DNA from: Macrostomum lignano | Taxonomy: Eukaryota | DNA: 64,000 nt | Direction: 5' to 3' | Assembly: GCA_002269645.1 (NCBI GenBank) | Contig: NIVC01000100.1 | Span: 1-64,000, forward strand | In this document: positions 39,515 to 51,629 of the stretch, piece by piece | Layout: every line of letters starts with the position of its first letter | Numbering within the stretch: the stretch's first letter is position 1 | Notes under the pieces: model-generated | Told to the model about the DNA's origin: nothing | What the model saw: only the letters and a program-made list of their open reading frames with translations | Database searches by the model: none | Position numbers and translations under genes: made by a program

Positions 39515-42500
39515 CCACCACCGAGCCTGCGAAGAAGACCAAGAGAACGCGTCGAACTCCGAAAACCTTCTATCCGTCATGCGACTCCGCGGCGGCAATA
39601 GTGACATTTCAGTCCACCGCCGCCGGCCGCGCAGGAGACACAGGAGAGCAGCGTCGCGCAAAGCCGAGCCGGACCAAGAGCTCCTTGTGCAGTTTAACTG
39701 CAATGGCATCAAAAGCCGTAATACGGAGCTGGCCCACAGGCTGGCCTCCCTGCGCCCCGCCGCTATACTCCTTCAGGAAACCAAGCTTAAGAAAGAAGAA
39801 GATTATAACCCGCCGCGGGGATACGTGGTGGCCTCCAGGGAAGATGGAGTACATAACGCCGGCCCCGATGACCGCGCTGTCGTGACACCTGCTCACCCAA
39901 ATCGGCCACCCGACGCTAACGGTACAGGCGCCGCCGGGACACGACGCCGTACCAACCCGCGCTGCCGGCTGAGATTCCCAGGACTCCGCGAAAACTGGTG
40001 CGCCGGATGTCGCAGCGGCCGTACCGCCTGTAGCGTCCGTTTCACACCATGGCATGGCGCAGACAACCAATCTGTTCAAACCAGTGCACCCGGACGAGAA
40101 ATCACCAGCACGCCACCGCCAGCCCAGTCCACTATCCCAAAAACCAACAAAAAAATTACAGGACGGGGAGGTACTATGGTGCTTGTCCGCGATGACGTCC
40201 AGTACGACAGACTCAAAGTCGATAGAGAACACGACCTCCTGGACGTTGCCGCCTGCCGCATCCGCCTCAAAGGACAGCAGCCGATCGTGATAGCATCTAT
40301 CTATGCACCGCCATCCAGCTGCCAACGCCCCGATAACACCTGGCAACCCAGCTTCACCAATCTCCCGACTACCGGTAGAGTCATCCTCGGAGGCGACTAC
40401 AACGCACACGGAAGCTGGGACCGCCACATTGATGAAGATCTCAGAGGCCAGACCGTCGACGAGTGGGTCGCCCGCAATGGGCTCGTCATCTGCAATACCA
40501 CCTGCCACACACGCACCTGCCCCAGTACTGGCCGCCTCAGTAGCCCAGACGTGACCATCTGTAGTAGCACCATTGCCGGATCCATCACGGACTCCTGGAA
40601 GACGCTACCAGACTGGGGAAGCGATCACCTGCCGATCGTTTTCGGCCTCCCAGCCTCTAACGCCGGAAAGACCCGTCACTGCGGGCAAAAACGCTGGATC
40701 TATAAGAAGGCAGACTGGGGAGCCTTCAGGGAGTCGCTAAATACCTGGGCAGAATCCGAACGCAACGACACCACCTTAAACACAGAGGCCACACGCCTTG
40801 CCGAAGCCATCCTGAACGCAGCAAGACTTGCCATCCGCGCAGCTCCGGGAAAAAGACGAGACGCCTGCCGTTCTGGAACGACGCCTGCGAGGAGGCCTCC
40901 AAAGCTACACGTTCCGCGAGACAATCCGCAGAAAAAGAACCGACACCAGAAAATATTATTGCCGCAAACAGAGCCCGCCACAACGCCTCAGGCTGCCTCC
41001 GGAGGGAGAAAGAAGCCTTCCTGCTCGACAAAGCGGCAAATTTCAGCCAGGACTCGGACATTTTTGGCTTACTCCGCGCTATGAGAGGCGATGGTTTTAA
41101 AACTCCGGACCCGGCTGCCATTGTCAGGGCCGCCTCCCCAGACTCGCCGGAGCGCACCGCACGCACTAACAAAGAGAAGGCCGAACTCTTTTGCCAACTC
41201 TACGCCGAAGTTAGCCGAGTCCCCAGACGAAAAAATGACTCGGCCATCAGATACGAAGCGAACGAGGCCACTACGCCTATGGGTGACCCCCAAACAGACG
41301 GCCCGGACGCCCCTTTCGAGATCGACGAGCTCCGCGCCGCTATCCGATGTCTCAAATCAGGGAAGGCTGTGGGAACCGACGGTGTCTCCAACGAGATGCT
41401 TAAACGCCTCCCGCCGGCCGCTGACAAAGCCTTACTCAGCCTCATCAACCGCACCTAGCGGGAGGGCAAAACACCTACCAGCTGGCGAATTGGCACCATT
41501 ATACCGATCCAGAAAAAAGGGAAAGACGCCGCATCACCGGGCAACTACCGCCCCGTCGCACTTACCAGCTGCATCGCCAAGTGCGCGGAGCGCATGGTTC
41601 TGGCTCGTCTTAACTATGACCTGGAGAGCCGTGGCGGTCTCTCGCTCACTCAAGCTGGTTTTCGTCGCGGTCGTAGCACCGAGGAACAGCTCGCGCGAGT
41701 CTGCCAAGCCATTTTTGACGGCCTCGAGAGTCTACCGGCGCTACGCAGCATCCTCTGCCTCCTCGACTTCTGCCGAGCGTATGACAGAGTATGGCGCCTG
41801 GCCCTGTATGCCAAAATGCACCGCATGGGCATCCCCAAGCGCATCATCCGCTGGATCCGCGGCTTCCTGTCGGACCGTCACAACGCAGTCCGCTGGGTTA
41901 ACGCCACGAGCCGCAACAGAGTTTTCCGCGAAGGTCTGCCACAGGGCAGTGTGCTAGCGCCCACGCTGTGGAATATCTATGTCAACGATTTAGCCCAAGC
42001 AGTCGCCGAGGCGAACCCTTTGGTCAACCTCAGTCTCTACGCCGATGACTCGGCCTTACTGGCGACCGCTCGCACACTCGACATCTGTGCCAGAGAACTC
42101 CAACCAGCCCTGGATGCAGTGGCCGACTGGTGCCGAGATTGGAAAGTCTCCATTAGCACTGGGAAATGCTGCTACTCCACCTTCACTCTAGCGGCAAATG
42201 AAAACAACGGCAAACGGAGAGTGAACCTCCAGATCAACGGCGACAAGCTTGCCTTCGATCCAACTCCGACCTTCCTGGGACTCAGTCTTGACGACAGCCT
42301 AAGTTTCAGCCACCATGCATCAAAGATCCGTAAAAAGATGGCCGCCCGCAGAAGACCTCTCACTGCCCTCGCTACCAGATCGGCCGGTGCGGACAGTCAG
42401 ATCCTCCGCATGGCTTACATCGCCACCGTTCGCTCTGTTGCCGACTACGCGTGCGGGGTCTGGGGGTCCTTCACTGCAGCCAGCTCTAAGCTGCTGATCG

Positions 42501-43807
42501 ACCGCCAACAGCACAGCTGTGCGCGGATCATCACTGGGTGCCTCCAACTTACTCACATCCGGGACCTGCTTGCGGTGGCGAACCTGTCGCCTTTCAGCCA
42601 TCTGGTGCTACAGCGCAGTGCGACACTCAGAGAAAGAATCCTACGTCTCCCGCAGGACACCCCAGCACTTCAGGTCGCCATAATGGACACCCGACCACGA
42701 CTGAAGAATCGAGCCTTTGAGAGCCACCAGAGAACACCGAGAGACCCAAAGGACATCGTCACCGTTCTCCACGACTACCAGCGAGAACACCGTGGTTGCT
42801 GGCGCCGCGTTAGCCAAGAGCTCGACAGACAGGGGTTGCTCAACGGCCCCACCAGGGAGCCCGCTCCGCAGCCCCAGCCGCCGTGGACGGTCCACGAAGC
42901 GATCACCTTCGACCTCAGTTTGGCTACGCAGTGCAGCCGCAGCCAGCCCCAGAGCCTCCGCAGCGATACTGCACTGAGGTACCTCGAGGAGCGCGGCTCC
43001 CACCCGGTCAGCGTTTGGACTGACGGCTCGGCCGCCGGCGGCACATCGGACGGCACCAGCGCAGCGGTGATCATCACCCCATGCTGGGGTCGGGTCGTCA
43101 CCAGCGCTGCAGGGAACATCTGCAGCAGCACCCAGGCGGAACTTCAAGCCATACTGCTTGCCATCCAGAATACCAGAGAGCATCAATGTATCGACATCTT
43201 TACTGACTCCCAGGCGGCCATTTACAGCATCATGGCGGGCCAGCGCAGCAACAGCAGAATCGTCTCCGAAATTTGGAACCAGAGTAACGATCACTCCATC
43301 CGCATCACCTGGAAACCGGCTCACTGCGGCATCCCCATGAACGAACGCGCAGATAGGGCGGCTAGATTGGCGACCGCAGATCAGAGCGACCATGGTGCCC
43401 CCATCATGGCAGCCAGCGCTTACCTCTGCCGGAAAAGACGTGATCTAGACCTCGAGCTTTGGGGCCGTAAGGCGCCATGGCCAAGACTCCCAACCTTGCC
43501 GAGGAAACTTGAGGTCCTGGTCAACCAGCTCCGCGCCGGCTGCAGCAACCTTGCCGCCGCCACCAGACTCCGACTCGGCCTGTCCGACTCCGACGTGTGC
43601 CCGGACTGCGGAGCTCGCGACACCGAGCAACACATTCTTTTCGACTGCCCACGAGGGTCTGCGGCCCGCCCCGGCGAACAAGACGCACTCCTGGTTGACG
43701 CGAGCCTCACCATCAACCTTCTTCGCAGGCTGGGGCGCATCTAGCGCCCCCGTCCCTTGCAGCCCAGCTGACATCGAGACGTGCGGTGCAGAGAGAGAGA
43801 GAGAGAG
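39460..43807 (+). mobile_element. Near-full-length Ingi-like non-LTR retrotransposon (single ORF: APE endonuclease, RT, RNase H, CCHC), mildly decayed
   Basis: 12-bp TSD AGTA(T/G)ACTCAGC (39448-39459, 43808-43819). Motifs QFNCNG, LLQETK, GGDYNAH, SDHLPI; YRPVALTS, LLDFCRAYD, GLPQGSVLAP, YADD; TDGS/AELQAI/TDSQ/HCGIPMNERAD; CPDC-x7-H-x4-C. (GA)n 3' tail; frameshift near 40835 and nonsense TAG 41456-41458; no ORF1. Clade assignment is by architecture. Confidence 0.92.
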
Positions 43808-44765
43808 AGTAGACTCAGCCAGCTGACGAGTGGTGACACGGCGATCCTCTTGCAGAGCAGCTTCCACCTTCTGCACCAACTGTGTTGTTCGCGCTGAACA
43901 GGGCCTTCCACTTCGAGGTTCGTCTTGAACACCCTCTTTGCCGTCAAGAACACTTGCCATCCAGCGACGAACAGTGTCATATGACGGGCAAGAGTCTGCC
44001 ATGGCTCGATGCATGATTGCATACGTGTCTCTGTTGGAGACAGCCCAAAAGCAAGGCGTGGAACTTGATGATGGTTCGTTTGTCTTCTTTAGAGAAGCTT
44101 TTTATGTAAAAGCTTAAAAGCTTTTTATGTAGAAGCTTTTTATGTATTTTATGTAACAGGCACTTTATATACCAGGCAGTGGCCTGGGTTTAGCCGCATT
44201 TTGTTACGTAACTTACAAAAATATATATTGGTCAATAAGCAAAGCTTTTCTGACAGCCCTCGTACGGACCTTCACTTGTAGCCACTGAGAAATTTTCATC
44301 GGCCTATCGCCGCGCTGGTGTGCTCCCAGCTGATAAAATTGAACTCCGCTAAAATAGAACGAGTGTCGACCATAAGACAGAAAATTTTCGGTATCCATGA
44401 AATTCATGAAAATCAGTATTCAGTGATTTCCGTATCCATAATGATTAAATTGAAAGCTTGCAGTACCAAAACTGGGCCGCAAAAAGTAATATAACTGAAG
44501 CCGAAAATCCCAAATCCTATGGCCGCTCCTACACATTTTTACCATAAACAGAAGTCTGAAACTAAAATCTGACTAAAATTATCGCTGGCATGCTTATAAA
44601 CAGCCTCAGAGCCGCAGACTATATAAAATATGATTGCTCATTTAATCGTTAAAAAATTGTACTATTCTGAGCCGGGAATGTGTTGTCTATGGTAATTTTG
44701 ACAAAAACTAGGATACTATATCATATAATCTCCTCGAAATCAGGAGCAATCGAAGTTCATATGTG

Positions 44766-44852
44766 ATAAACGCCGTTTAATTAATCATAGTCTATGGTTA
44801 GAATATCCGAGGCTGCATTTTAACCACAGAATGTGAATTAAACGGCGTTTAT
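44766..44852. repeat. 87-bp hairpin with perfect 17-bp inverted ends (possible tiny MITE)
   Basis: ATAAACGCCGTTTAATT (44766-44782) and AATTAAACGGCGTTTAT (44836-44852). Confidence 0.6.
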
Positions 44853-45460
44853 TATTTACTTATATATTATTAAACCATACAATCCATTTCTAGTTGTAAG
44901 CTTTTGTCTATGGTCGGAAAGGTAGGAGCCCGTTTGCCCGATTGCCTGATACAAATTTCTGGATTAAACTTAGAGTTACAGATGCACTTGTGCTTGTAAA
45001 TTGAATTTAATGTAGTTCAATTGAGTATGTATGCATACGAGTAAGTGGTCAGTTTTTGACCATAGCAACACGCAGTTAATATTTTTCTAGTATAATATGC
45101 TTAATTAAACCAGAAACATAAGGTTTCGAAAGTTTTGCAGTTTCGAAGTTGAAGTTTATTATATTTGAAATTTTCAAAAATTTAACTGTACCTTAACTAA
45201 TAACAGGTTTTGTCAATCAGACTAAAGTTTTGAAAACTGTAACATTTGCAACACTGTCTGTCGGTCGGGTTGCTAAGAATTGCGTCAGCGACGGCAGAAG
45301 TACAAACTCCCAGTTTTCTCATCCTTCACGCACCTGTGAGGAAAGCAGCACGGTCTTAAGGGCATGAAATCCGTCACGCGGCAGATTTGAGTACTCGGGG
45401 TGCACCTGGAGTGTTGAATAGCGGTTTAGTGTAGGTGTTATTACTGACAGATAAACTGAC

Positions 45461-45747
<287 letters not shown>

Positions 45748-46489
45748 GACACAAATACAAAAGGACTTGCAGTACTCACAAAGACTCAGCGAGTTGCGGC
45801 AGTGTTGCCATGGTAGCAAACAGTACAAAGACAGTGAGAATCGCGATTCCGAACTTCACGGCCATAGTCTAATTGATTGAATTCAGCAGTGCAGTGCGGA
45901 CTTGTAGGAGCTGCATATGGGTCTAATGCATCTATCACCACCATTTTATAGGCAGCCGATGGCTTCCGACCATAGACATCGGTTTTTCATGCAAATACAG
46001 TCTGTAAAGTTCTTGTACGTATAGTAAAATAATTTGCCATTGCTTTGTGCCATAGACCATTCAACTGTTTTTTGACCTGTTCTGAGCTCGCTAGATTTTC
46101 AATCTCTCAAGTTTTGCTTCATCGAGAGAGGCGAATTAAGTATTGATGACTACATGTAGTGCGTCAGTTTAAATTTACAAAGGCAGGCAGAAAGTTCAGA
46201 AAGGCAGAATGCCCATGAGGTACTCGCGTGATTCTATGGCTATACCAGTGTCTGCTCTTGTCTGACCTTTACTTGTTATTACAAACTGTTATTGTACCAT
46301 AGACATCGTGCCGGGTTGTACGATAGACATCGCTGTCGAGTAGTAGGTAGTGGCTTATTTGACTGGAATGAATTTGAATATAGTACTATAGTTTATTTAT
46401 TGTGAAGCTTGTGAATAGCCAATTTTAAACCTCTTAAGTCTAACGATTGTAAGATCAATTAGCTATACTTTAATATACTTTAATTTCGG

Positions 46490-46792
46490 CGGGAAACCCT
46501 CCTGTGGGAAACCCTCCTGCGGGAAACCCTCCTGAGGGAAACCCTCCTGCGGGAAACCCAGCTGCGGGAAACCCAGCTGCGGGAAACCCTCCTGCGGGAA
46601 ACCCTCCTTCGGGAAACCCTCCTCCTGCGGGAAACCCAGCTGCGGGAAACCCTCCTGAGGGAAACCCAGCTGTGGAAACCCAGCTGCGGAAACTCTCCTG
46701 CGGGAAACCCTCCTCTTGCAGGAACCCTTCTGCGGGAAACCCTCCTGCGGGAAACCCAACAGGAGGGAAACCCTCCTCCTGCGGGAAACCCT
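46490..46792. repeat. 15-bp minisatellite (GGGAAACCCTCCTGC)n
   Basis: Read directly. Confidence 0.93.
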
Positions 46793-46939
46793 CAAAAAAC
46801 CAGTTATTTTTAATCAGCTTTGAAGGGCTCTTGAAAGATTAAACATCTAGAGGTGCTCCAGGAGCCGTTTTAGCCAGCAGTGAACGACGATGGATAAGCT
46901 GACAAGATCCTGTCCGTGCAATATACATGGTGCTCCTCA

Positions 46940-47083
46940 TCATTGGAGCGTTTTTTGTACAACTGCACAATTGCATCTGATAAACACCTGAATGAAATGT
47001 GTCAGAAAACTACCTTGAAGTATCGCAAGCGATTAGAGCAACTTATCGAGAATAACGGAGGCCATGTTGAAGTGTACAACTGA
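46940..47083 (+). mobile_element. Tc1/mariner-superfamily transposase C-terminal remnant
   Basis: KYRKRLEQLIENNGGHVE* matches the typical R..CI...GGHVE ending of Tc1/mariner transposases. Confidence 0.5.
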
Positions 47084-47266
47084 GATGGAATTGAACCGAT
47101 TTAGATAAGACTACAGACTGCAATAAAATCCGATATGCGTACCATCTTTGAGTAAAATTTCAATGCTACGAGCGTATTTGGTATTTGGTAGATTACCACT
47201 ACTAGTGATGGAATCTGATGGATCAGAATTTCATGGAAGAAAGAAATAAGAGTTGTATAGCCATAT

Positions 47267-47452
47267 GGGTTGTAGCCTAGTGGGCAGAGCGTCGGACTCA
47301 CGACTGGAAGGTCGGGAGTTCGATTCTCGACCCACTCGGAACAACCCCTCCTTGGACTGAACAGCCGTACGCAGGCAGCCTTCAGATGCGCCGCGCAATA
47401 GCTGCGGCTGAGCTGTCGGTTGCACATCTGGTCATTAGAGCAGGTGTAACGA

Positions 47453-47484
<32 letters not shown>

Positions 47485-47510
47485 TACTACTATTATTATA
47501 ATCATTATTA
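47267..47510 (+). mobile_element. tRNA-derived SINE
   Basis: A box TAGCCTAGTGG (47273-47283), B box GTTCGATTC (47318-47326), non-tRNA body, (ATT)n tail from about 47453. Confidence 0.78.
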
Positions 47511-48092
47511 TGGTGATGACATACTCTTCGCATAGGTGCTAGAAAACGGAGAGATTTCTATCTTGTTTTTGCAGCGAAGTCTGCATAGCATCCATTGAAA
47601 TTCATAAGTTCAAAATCAACAAGATAATGGCATAGAAAACATCAAAGCTATGCAATGTGAACAATGTGAACCCAATATACAAAATTTGATTATCAATTTA
47701 GCCCATACCCTGATATTGTAGTGACCTTGTACTAAACCTTCGCGAACCTTCTCACCATGTAGTAAACATTTCAATATAGAAATCTCCGCGATAAATACAT
47801 GTATAGTTCTAAATATAGTAACTATTTCAAAAACATTCTTTCTTTCAGAGTGTTCCATCAAAAATCATAAATACGTGCATAAAGCACCCGCAATCAAACG
47901 GTTGCAGACCTTTGGCTCATTATTATCTCGTTCTCAATAATATTAATAACCAAGAACCACCGCCTTCTGTCTCATTTATTTAAACCGTTACAATATGAAA
48001 GGATATCATTTCGAAATATTCGTCAAAGACCTTATCGACGAAGGTTTCCTCAGTAATGATATTAGCATATCTGCCTACTTGAATGATCCGGT

Positions 48093-49274
48093 GTGAGCCA
48101 GACTTTGCTTTCCAACTGGCAATGGCTTCTTGGCGGCAGTCCATCCAATATTGAGTCGCTTTTGTGCGTTGGAATAAAGAGCTTCGCGTGCAAAGCAAGC
48201 TACATTTCCTTGTTCCCAGCGGTGGAGGAGGTGAAGATGGCGTTCAATATTGTGTTTGCAGTCGCCAACCTCCTGACTCTGGCGATCTGGTGCCGTTTCA
48301 AGGAGCCGAAGCAGCAGACGCCAACTAGACCAGAGGTTGGCATTCAATTGCTGCTCCTTCGGTTTTTCAGCGCTTATAGTCTAGCAGCTTGCATCGTGTA
48401 CATTTTTTTGGTTCATCGCCAGTTACGACCGTCAACTCGGTCGCGAGTGCCGTGATTATGAGCGTAGCGCGTTGGATCGTCGTGGTCGTGGACACTGCCA
48501 AGATATTTATGGCCTTTACCAAAAGGAGCGCCGCATTCAGTCTCTAATGACTGCCGCCTTTTTAATTGAGTACTCGCATCCGCGACAGAAACTGCTGCTT
48601 TTCACTACCAAAAAGAGGGCCCTGGTTTCACTTTTTGTATTGTTCCTTACTTTGCTGCTGCTGTCGTTTGCGATGTCCACAATTTATGGCTACATTTACT
48701 GTCCAAACGAAGATTCACTGCTCGAAATAAAACTAAGAATTTCGCGTCACTTAAATGTAATTCTCAACGACCTGATAGTCATCCTAAACGCTGTCCTATT
48801 GGTGCTCAGCGTCATTTTGCTCATCGTGTTCGCCTCCAAGCGTTGCTGCGCGTGCTGCCGCTGTGATGGCAGTTACATGCATAGCGAGTCGCGTGCCAGT
48901 GAATCTGTAGCTTATCTGACTCAAATAGAAGATGATGAGCAGTCTGAAAGCGAGGCTAACGAATCCGCGGTTGTACTGCAGGCGGGCAATTCTTCAGAAC
49001 TGCTGGCAAACGAACTGAGGCGACTGATATTCTGGAAACAGGTGGTGCTGGTGCTTCCTCAATTAGTTTTTTTCGTCAAATTACACTCTCTTAGACTAGT
49101 TGAGCATAGCTATGGTACTCGTATGTTCCAACTTATTGGCTAATTGCTTCCCAAGCATTGTTCGTTGCCGGGATGCCAGTCGTGACTCCAATTGCTAGTC
49201 CGACATTTCTCAGAGGTTTTGTTTCCGCTGTGACCGAAGTGAAAAGTTATTTGCCTTGTCGTCTGCCATGGTAG
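48093..49274 (+). pseudogene. Intronless rhodopsin-class 7TM GPCR-like sequence with frameshifts
   Basis: TM1 AFNIVFAVANLLTLAIW; TM2 IQLLLLRFFSAYSLAACIVYIFL; TM3/ICL2-like LMTAAFLIEYSHPRQKLLLFTTKKRALVSLFVLFL; TM5 NVILNDLIVILNAVLLVLSVILLIVF; TM6 QVVLVLPQLVFFV; TM7-like ALFVAGMPVVTPIASPTF. Pieces fall in different frames (breaks near 48430-48550 and 49135). Confidence 0.55.
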
Positions 49275-49542
49275 AGTGTCGGCTAATCCTTCGGCGAAAC
49301 AGTGTTAACAATTTGAATTGAACTTTAATAGTTCAATAGTGATCGATGAACATTAATAATTATTGCAATTATGTGCAACACTGTTAGCTATATAATAATT
49401 TTGATTGTCACATGCTATTTCAAATACAATATTCAGAAATTTATACAATTACATTGATATTTTTTCCTAAATTGAATCTTCATTTATTCAATTTTTTCTC
49501 AATAAACTGTTATTTGTCTGGTGTTTTATTACGCTCGTATGT

Positions 49543-51177
49543 ACATAGACTCGTATGTCTATGGCAGAAACATCCCCTTCAAGAAGGAGGTCAAATACCT
49601 CGGTGTGACGCTAACGCATGACCTGCGCTGGACGAAGTACCTTGATAACGTCATCGGTCGGGAAAAACGCTGCTTTGCCCAGCTGCGCAGAGCCATCGGG
49701 CCAACCTGGGGCCTCTCGCCAAGAACGGTCCGTTGGATTTATACCGGCATCATCCGGCCCAGTATCACATACGCGAGTCTCATCTGGACTAGCGTGCTGG
49801 AGCAGAAGACCGCCCGTCAGCGTCTACACCAGCTGCAGGGCAGCATTTGTCGCGCCATCACAGGTGCGTACCCGTCTACCCCTTACGAGGGGCTGAACAC
49901 TATCCTTAATCTTCCTCCGCTTCACCTATTTATTAGGGCGGAGGCTATGAAGTCCGCCTCCCGACTTATCAGAGATAAAACGTTAAATAACGTACCCTCT
50001 GGCTTTATGCCAATGAAAACCTTAATCCCGCATATGGACTTTATCCGCCGCGACCTCAACAACATCCACATGGACCTGGGCAATGTTGATAGTCGACTCC
50101 CCGCCCTCAATATCAGGAGGGGCTTCCAGACCGCCATCCCTGGCCGAGACAGCATTCCGCTGGATGTCGGCGTGAACCGGCGCAGCATTCACTGCTTCAC
50201 CGACGGCTCGCTGTTCAACGGCCGCGCTGGAGCGGGTATTGCCATCTTCCACGAGGGTAAGATGCTTTTCCAGGAAAGTCTGCACCTCGGTGAGAACACC
50301 TCAGTTTTCCAAGCTGAAATTTGCGCCATTGAGCAGTGTGCCCAGCAACTGCTTCAGGCGAACATTAATAACTTTAATATTAATTTCTACACTGATAGCC
50401 AAGCTGCTATTAAGGCCTTAACCACTGAGAATATCTCCGCTGCTACGGTATCTCAATGCCTCCGCAGTGTACAATCTCTCTCAGTCCTTAACAGGATTAG
50501 AATTATCTGGACACCCGGCCACAGCAACATCCTGGGCAACGAGCTCGCGGACTCTCTCGCCAAGGAGGGCAGCAACCCAGACGGCAACCACCGTCTGATG
50601 AGGCTACCCACTCCCAGGTCGCAAGTCACCCGCCATACCCACAGGTGGCTCCATCAGCAGCACCAGCTCCACTGGAACAGCTGCACCGAGTACAGGCAGA
50701 GCCGCTCTGCCATGCCTAACCTGAACAGGAAAGTCTCTGATTACCTGATTTCGCTTAACAGAACCGACCTCAGGGAGATATGCATGGTCCTAACCAGCCA
50801 TGGATTCTTCCAGAGACATATCTCGTTGCAAACCGGTTGCCCTCCCACCTGTCCTTTCTATGGCATAGGAGAGGAGACCGCGGAGCATCACGTCACCTTC
50901 TGCCCTTACTTCAACAAGGCGCGGCACAAATACCTCGGCCACCCCCAGCGGATGGACGAGCTGACCACCCCGGACAATATCCGTGACCTTCGCGCCTTCG
51001 TCCGGGACTCCGGCCGGATGAGGGTCACCGATGCCTCCACTGCGAACCTGCCAACTACTGGCGGGGACTGGGTGCACCCCCAAGGTTAATCCTTGTGCTC
51101 TTTTACCTTGGGGTTGCGATAGGGGCCTCGCGGCCTATTCGCGGCGCCTGCGCCCCCCGTCAGTAGTAAGTAAGTAG
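49543..51177 (+). mobile_element. 5'-truncated LINE (Loa/Lian-like): RT C-terminus, RNase H, degenerate CCHC
   Basis: 13-bp TSD TACGCTCGTATGT (49530-49542, 51178-51190); KYLGVTL...[70 protein letters not shown]; short TAG/TAAG tail. Confidence 0.9.
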
Positions 51178-51460
51178 TACGCTCGTATGTTATGAAAAAT
51201 ATGTTTTTTTATATTCGGCACATTGCACTACATGAATTTAAATTTTTAACAGCCTCTTTAAATACAGAGAAAAACAAAAACAAGTGATTTTAAATATTGC
51301 CAAATTTGGTTGTTTGAGTACTATAATTAGCTCTTGAGTTTTTGTGTTAGAGCTAATTAATTAACACTGGCGTATTATGGTGATCATGAGTTGACGATAA
51401 GAAACAATAAAAAGTTACAAGTTACAAAGCTCAAGGCAGTAAAAGGGCGACATTAAGTTC

Positions 51461-51571
51461 AGGGGCTCTAGAATGGCGCTAGTCGACTCGGGGCGCTAAT
51501 TGGCGCTAGTGGACTCGGGGGCTCCAGAATGGCGCTAGTGAACTCGGGGGCTCCAGAATGGCGCTAGTGGA
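51461..51571. repeat. Short ~30-bp tandem repeat (GGGGCTCCAGAATGGCGCTAGTGGACTCG)
   Basis: About 4 units. Confidence 0.8.
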
Positions 51572-51629
51572 CCCGATCTTCTCTCCCCTCCTCTCTTTCT
51601 CTCTTTTTGGTGCTTGACTGGGTGCTGGT

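Larger units (their letters stand above)
38961..44262 (-). mobile_element. Mariner transposon remnant, split by a LINE and lacking its 3' end
   Basis: TIR TA|CGAGGGCTGTCAGAAAAG at 44264-44245; transposase pieces KEDKRTIIKFH, PSYDTVRRW...DEPRSGRP...EDRRVTTRQLAE, KICAKWVPHILS, FFDREGII...GQTVNGDYYLEVL and LLQDNAAPH; TA at 44263-64 and 38959-60. Confidence 0.9.
38395..44492 (-). mobile_element. Degenerate Tc1/IS630-like element (outer layer of the nest)
   Basis: Inverted repeats about 38395-38459 and 44424-44492 (TTGGTA.TGCAAGCTTT.AA.TTAATCA...TGGATACGGAAATCA). Transposase remnant GAHQRGDRPMKISQWLQVKVR (right side) joins NVYSIRMRY...RGGARQVKLTDAHVQHLLEWIKENPLLTLQEM...ESTVSRM...IFIDKTGFKIW (left side) across a duplicated TA. 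Confidence 0.7.

Noticed and set aside
39486-39600. 2A (StopGo) peptide expected in Ingi-type LINEs
   Set aside because: No D(V/I)ExNPGP in any frame upstream of the endonuclease.
47267-47340. tRNA gene
   Set aside because: Acceptor and anticodon stems pair poorly, and the sequence continues into a body and (ATT)n tail, so it is called a SINE.
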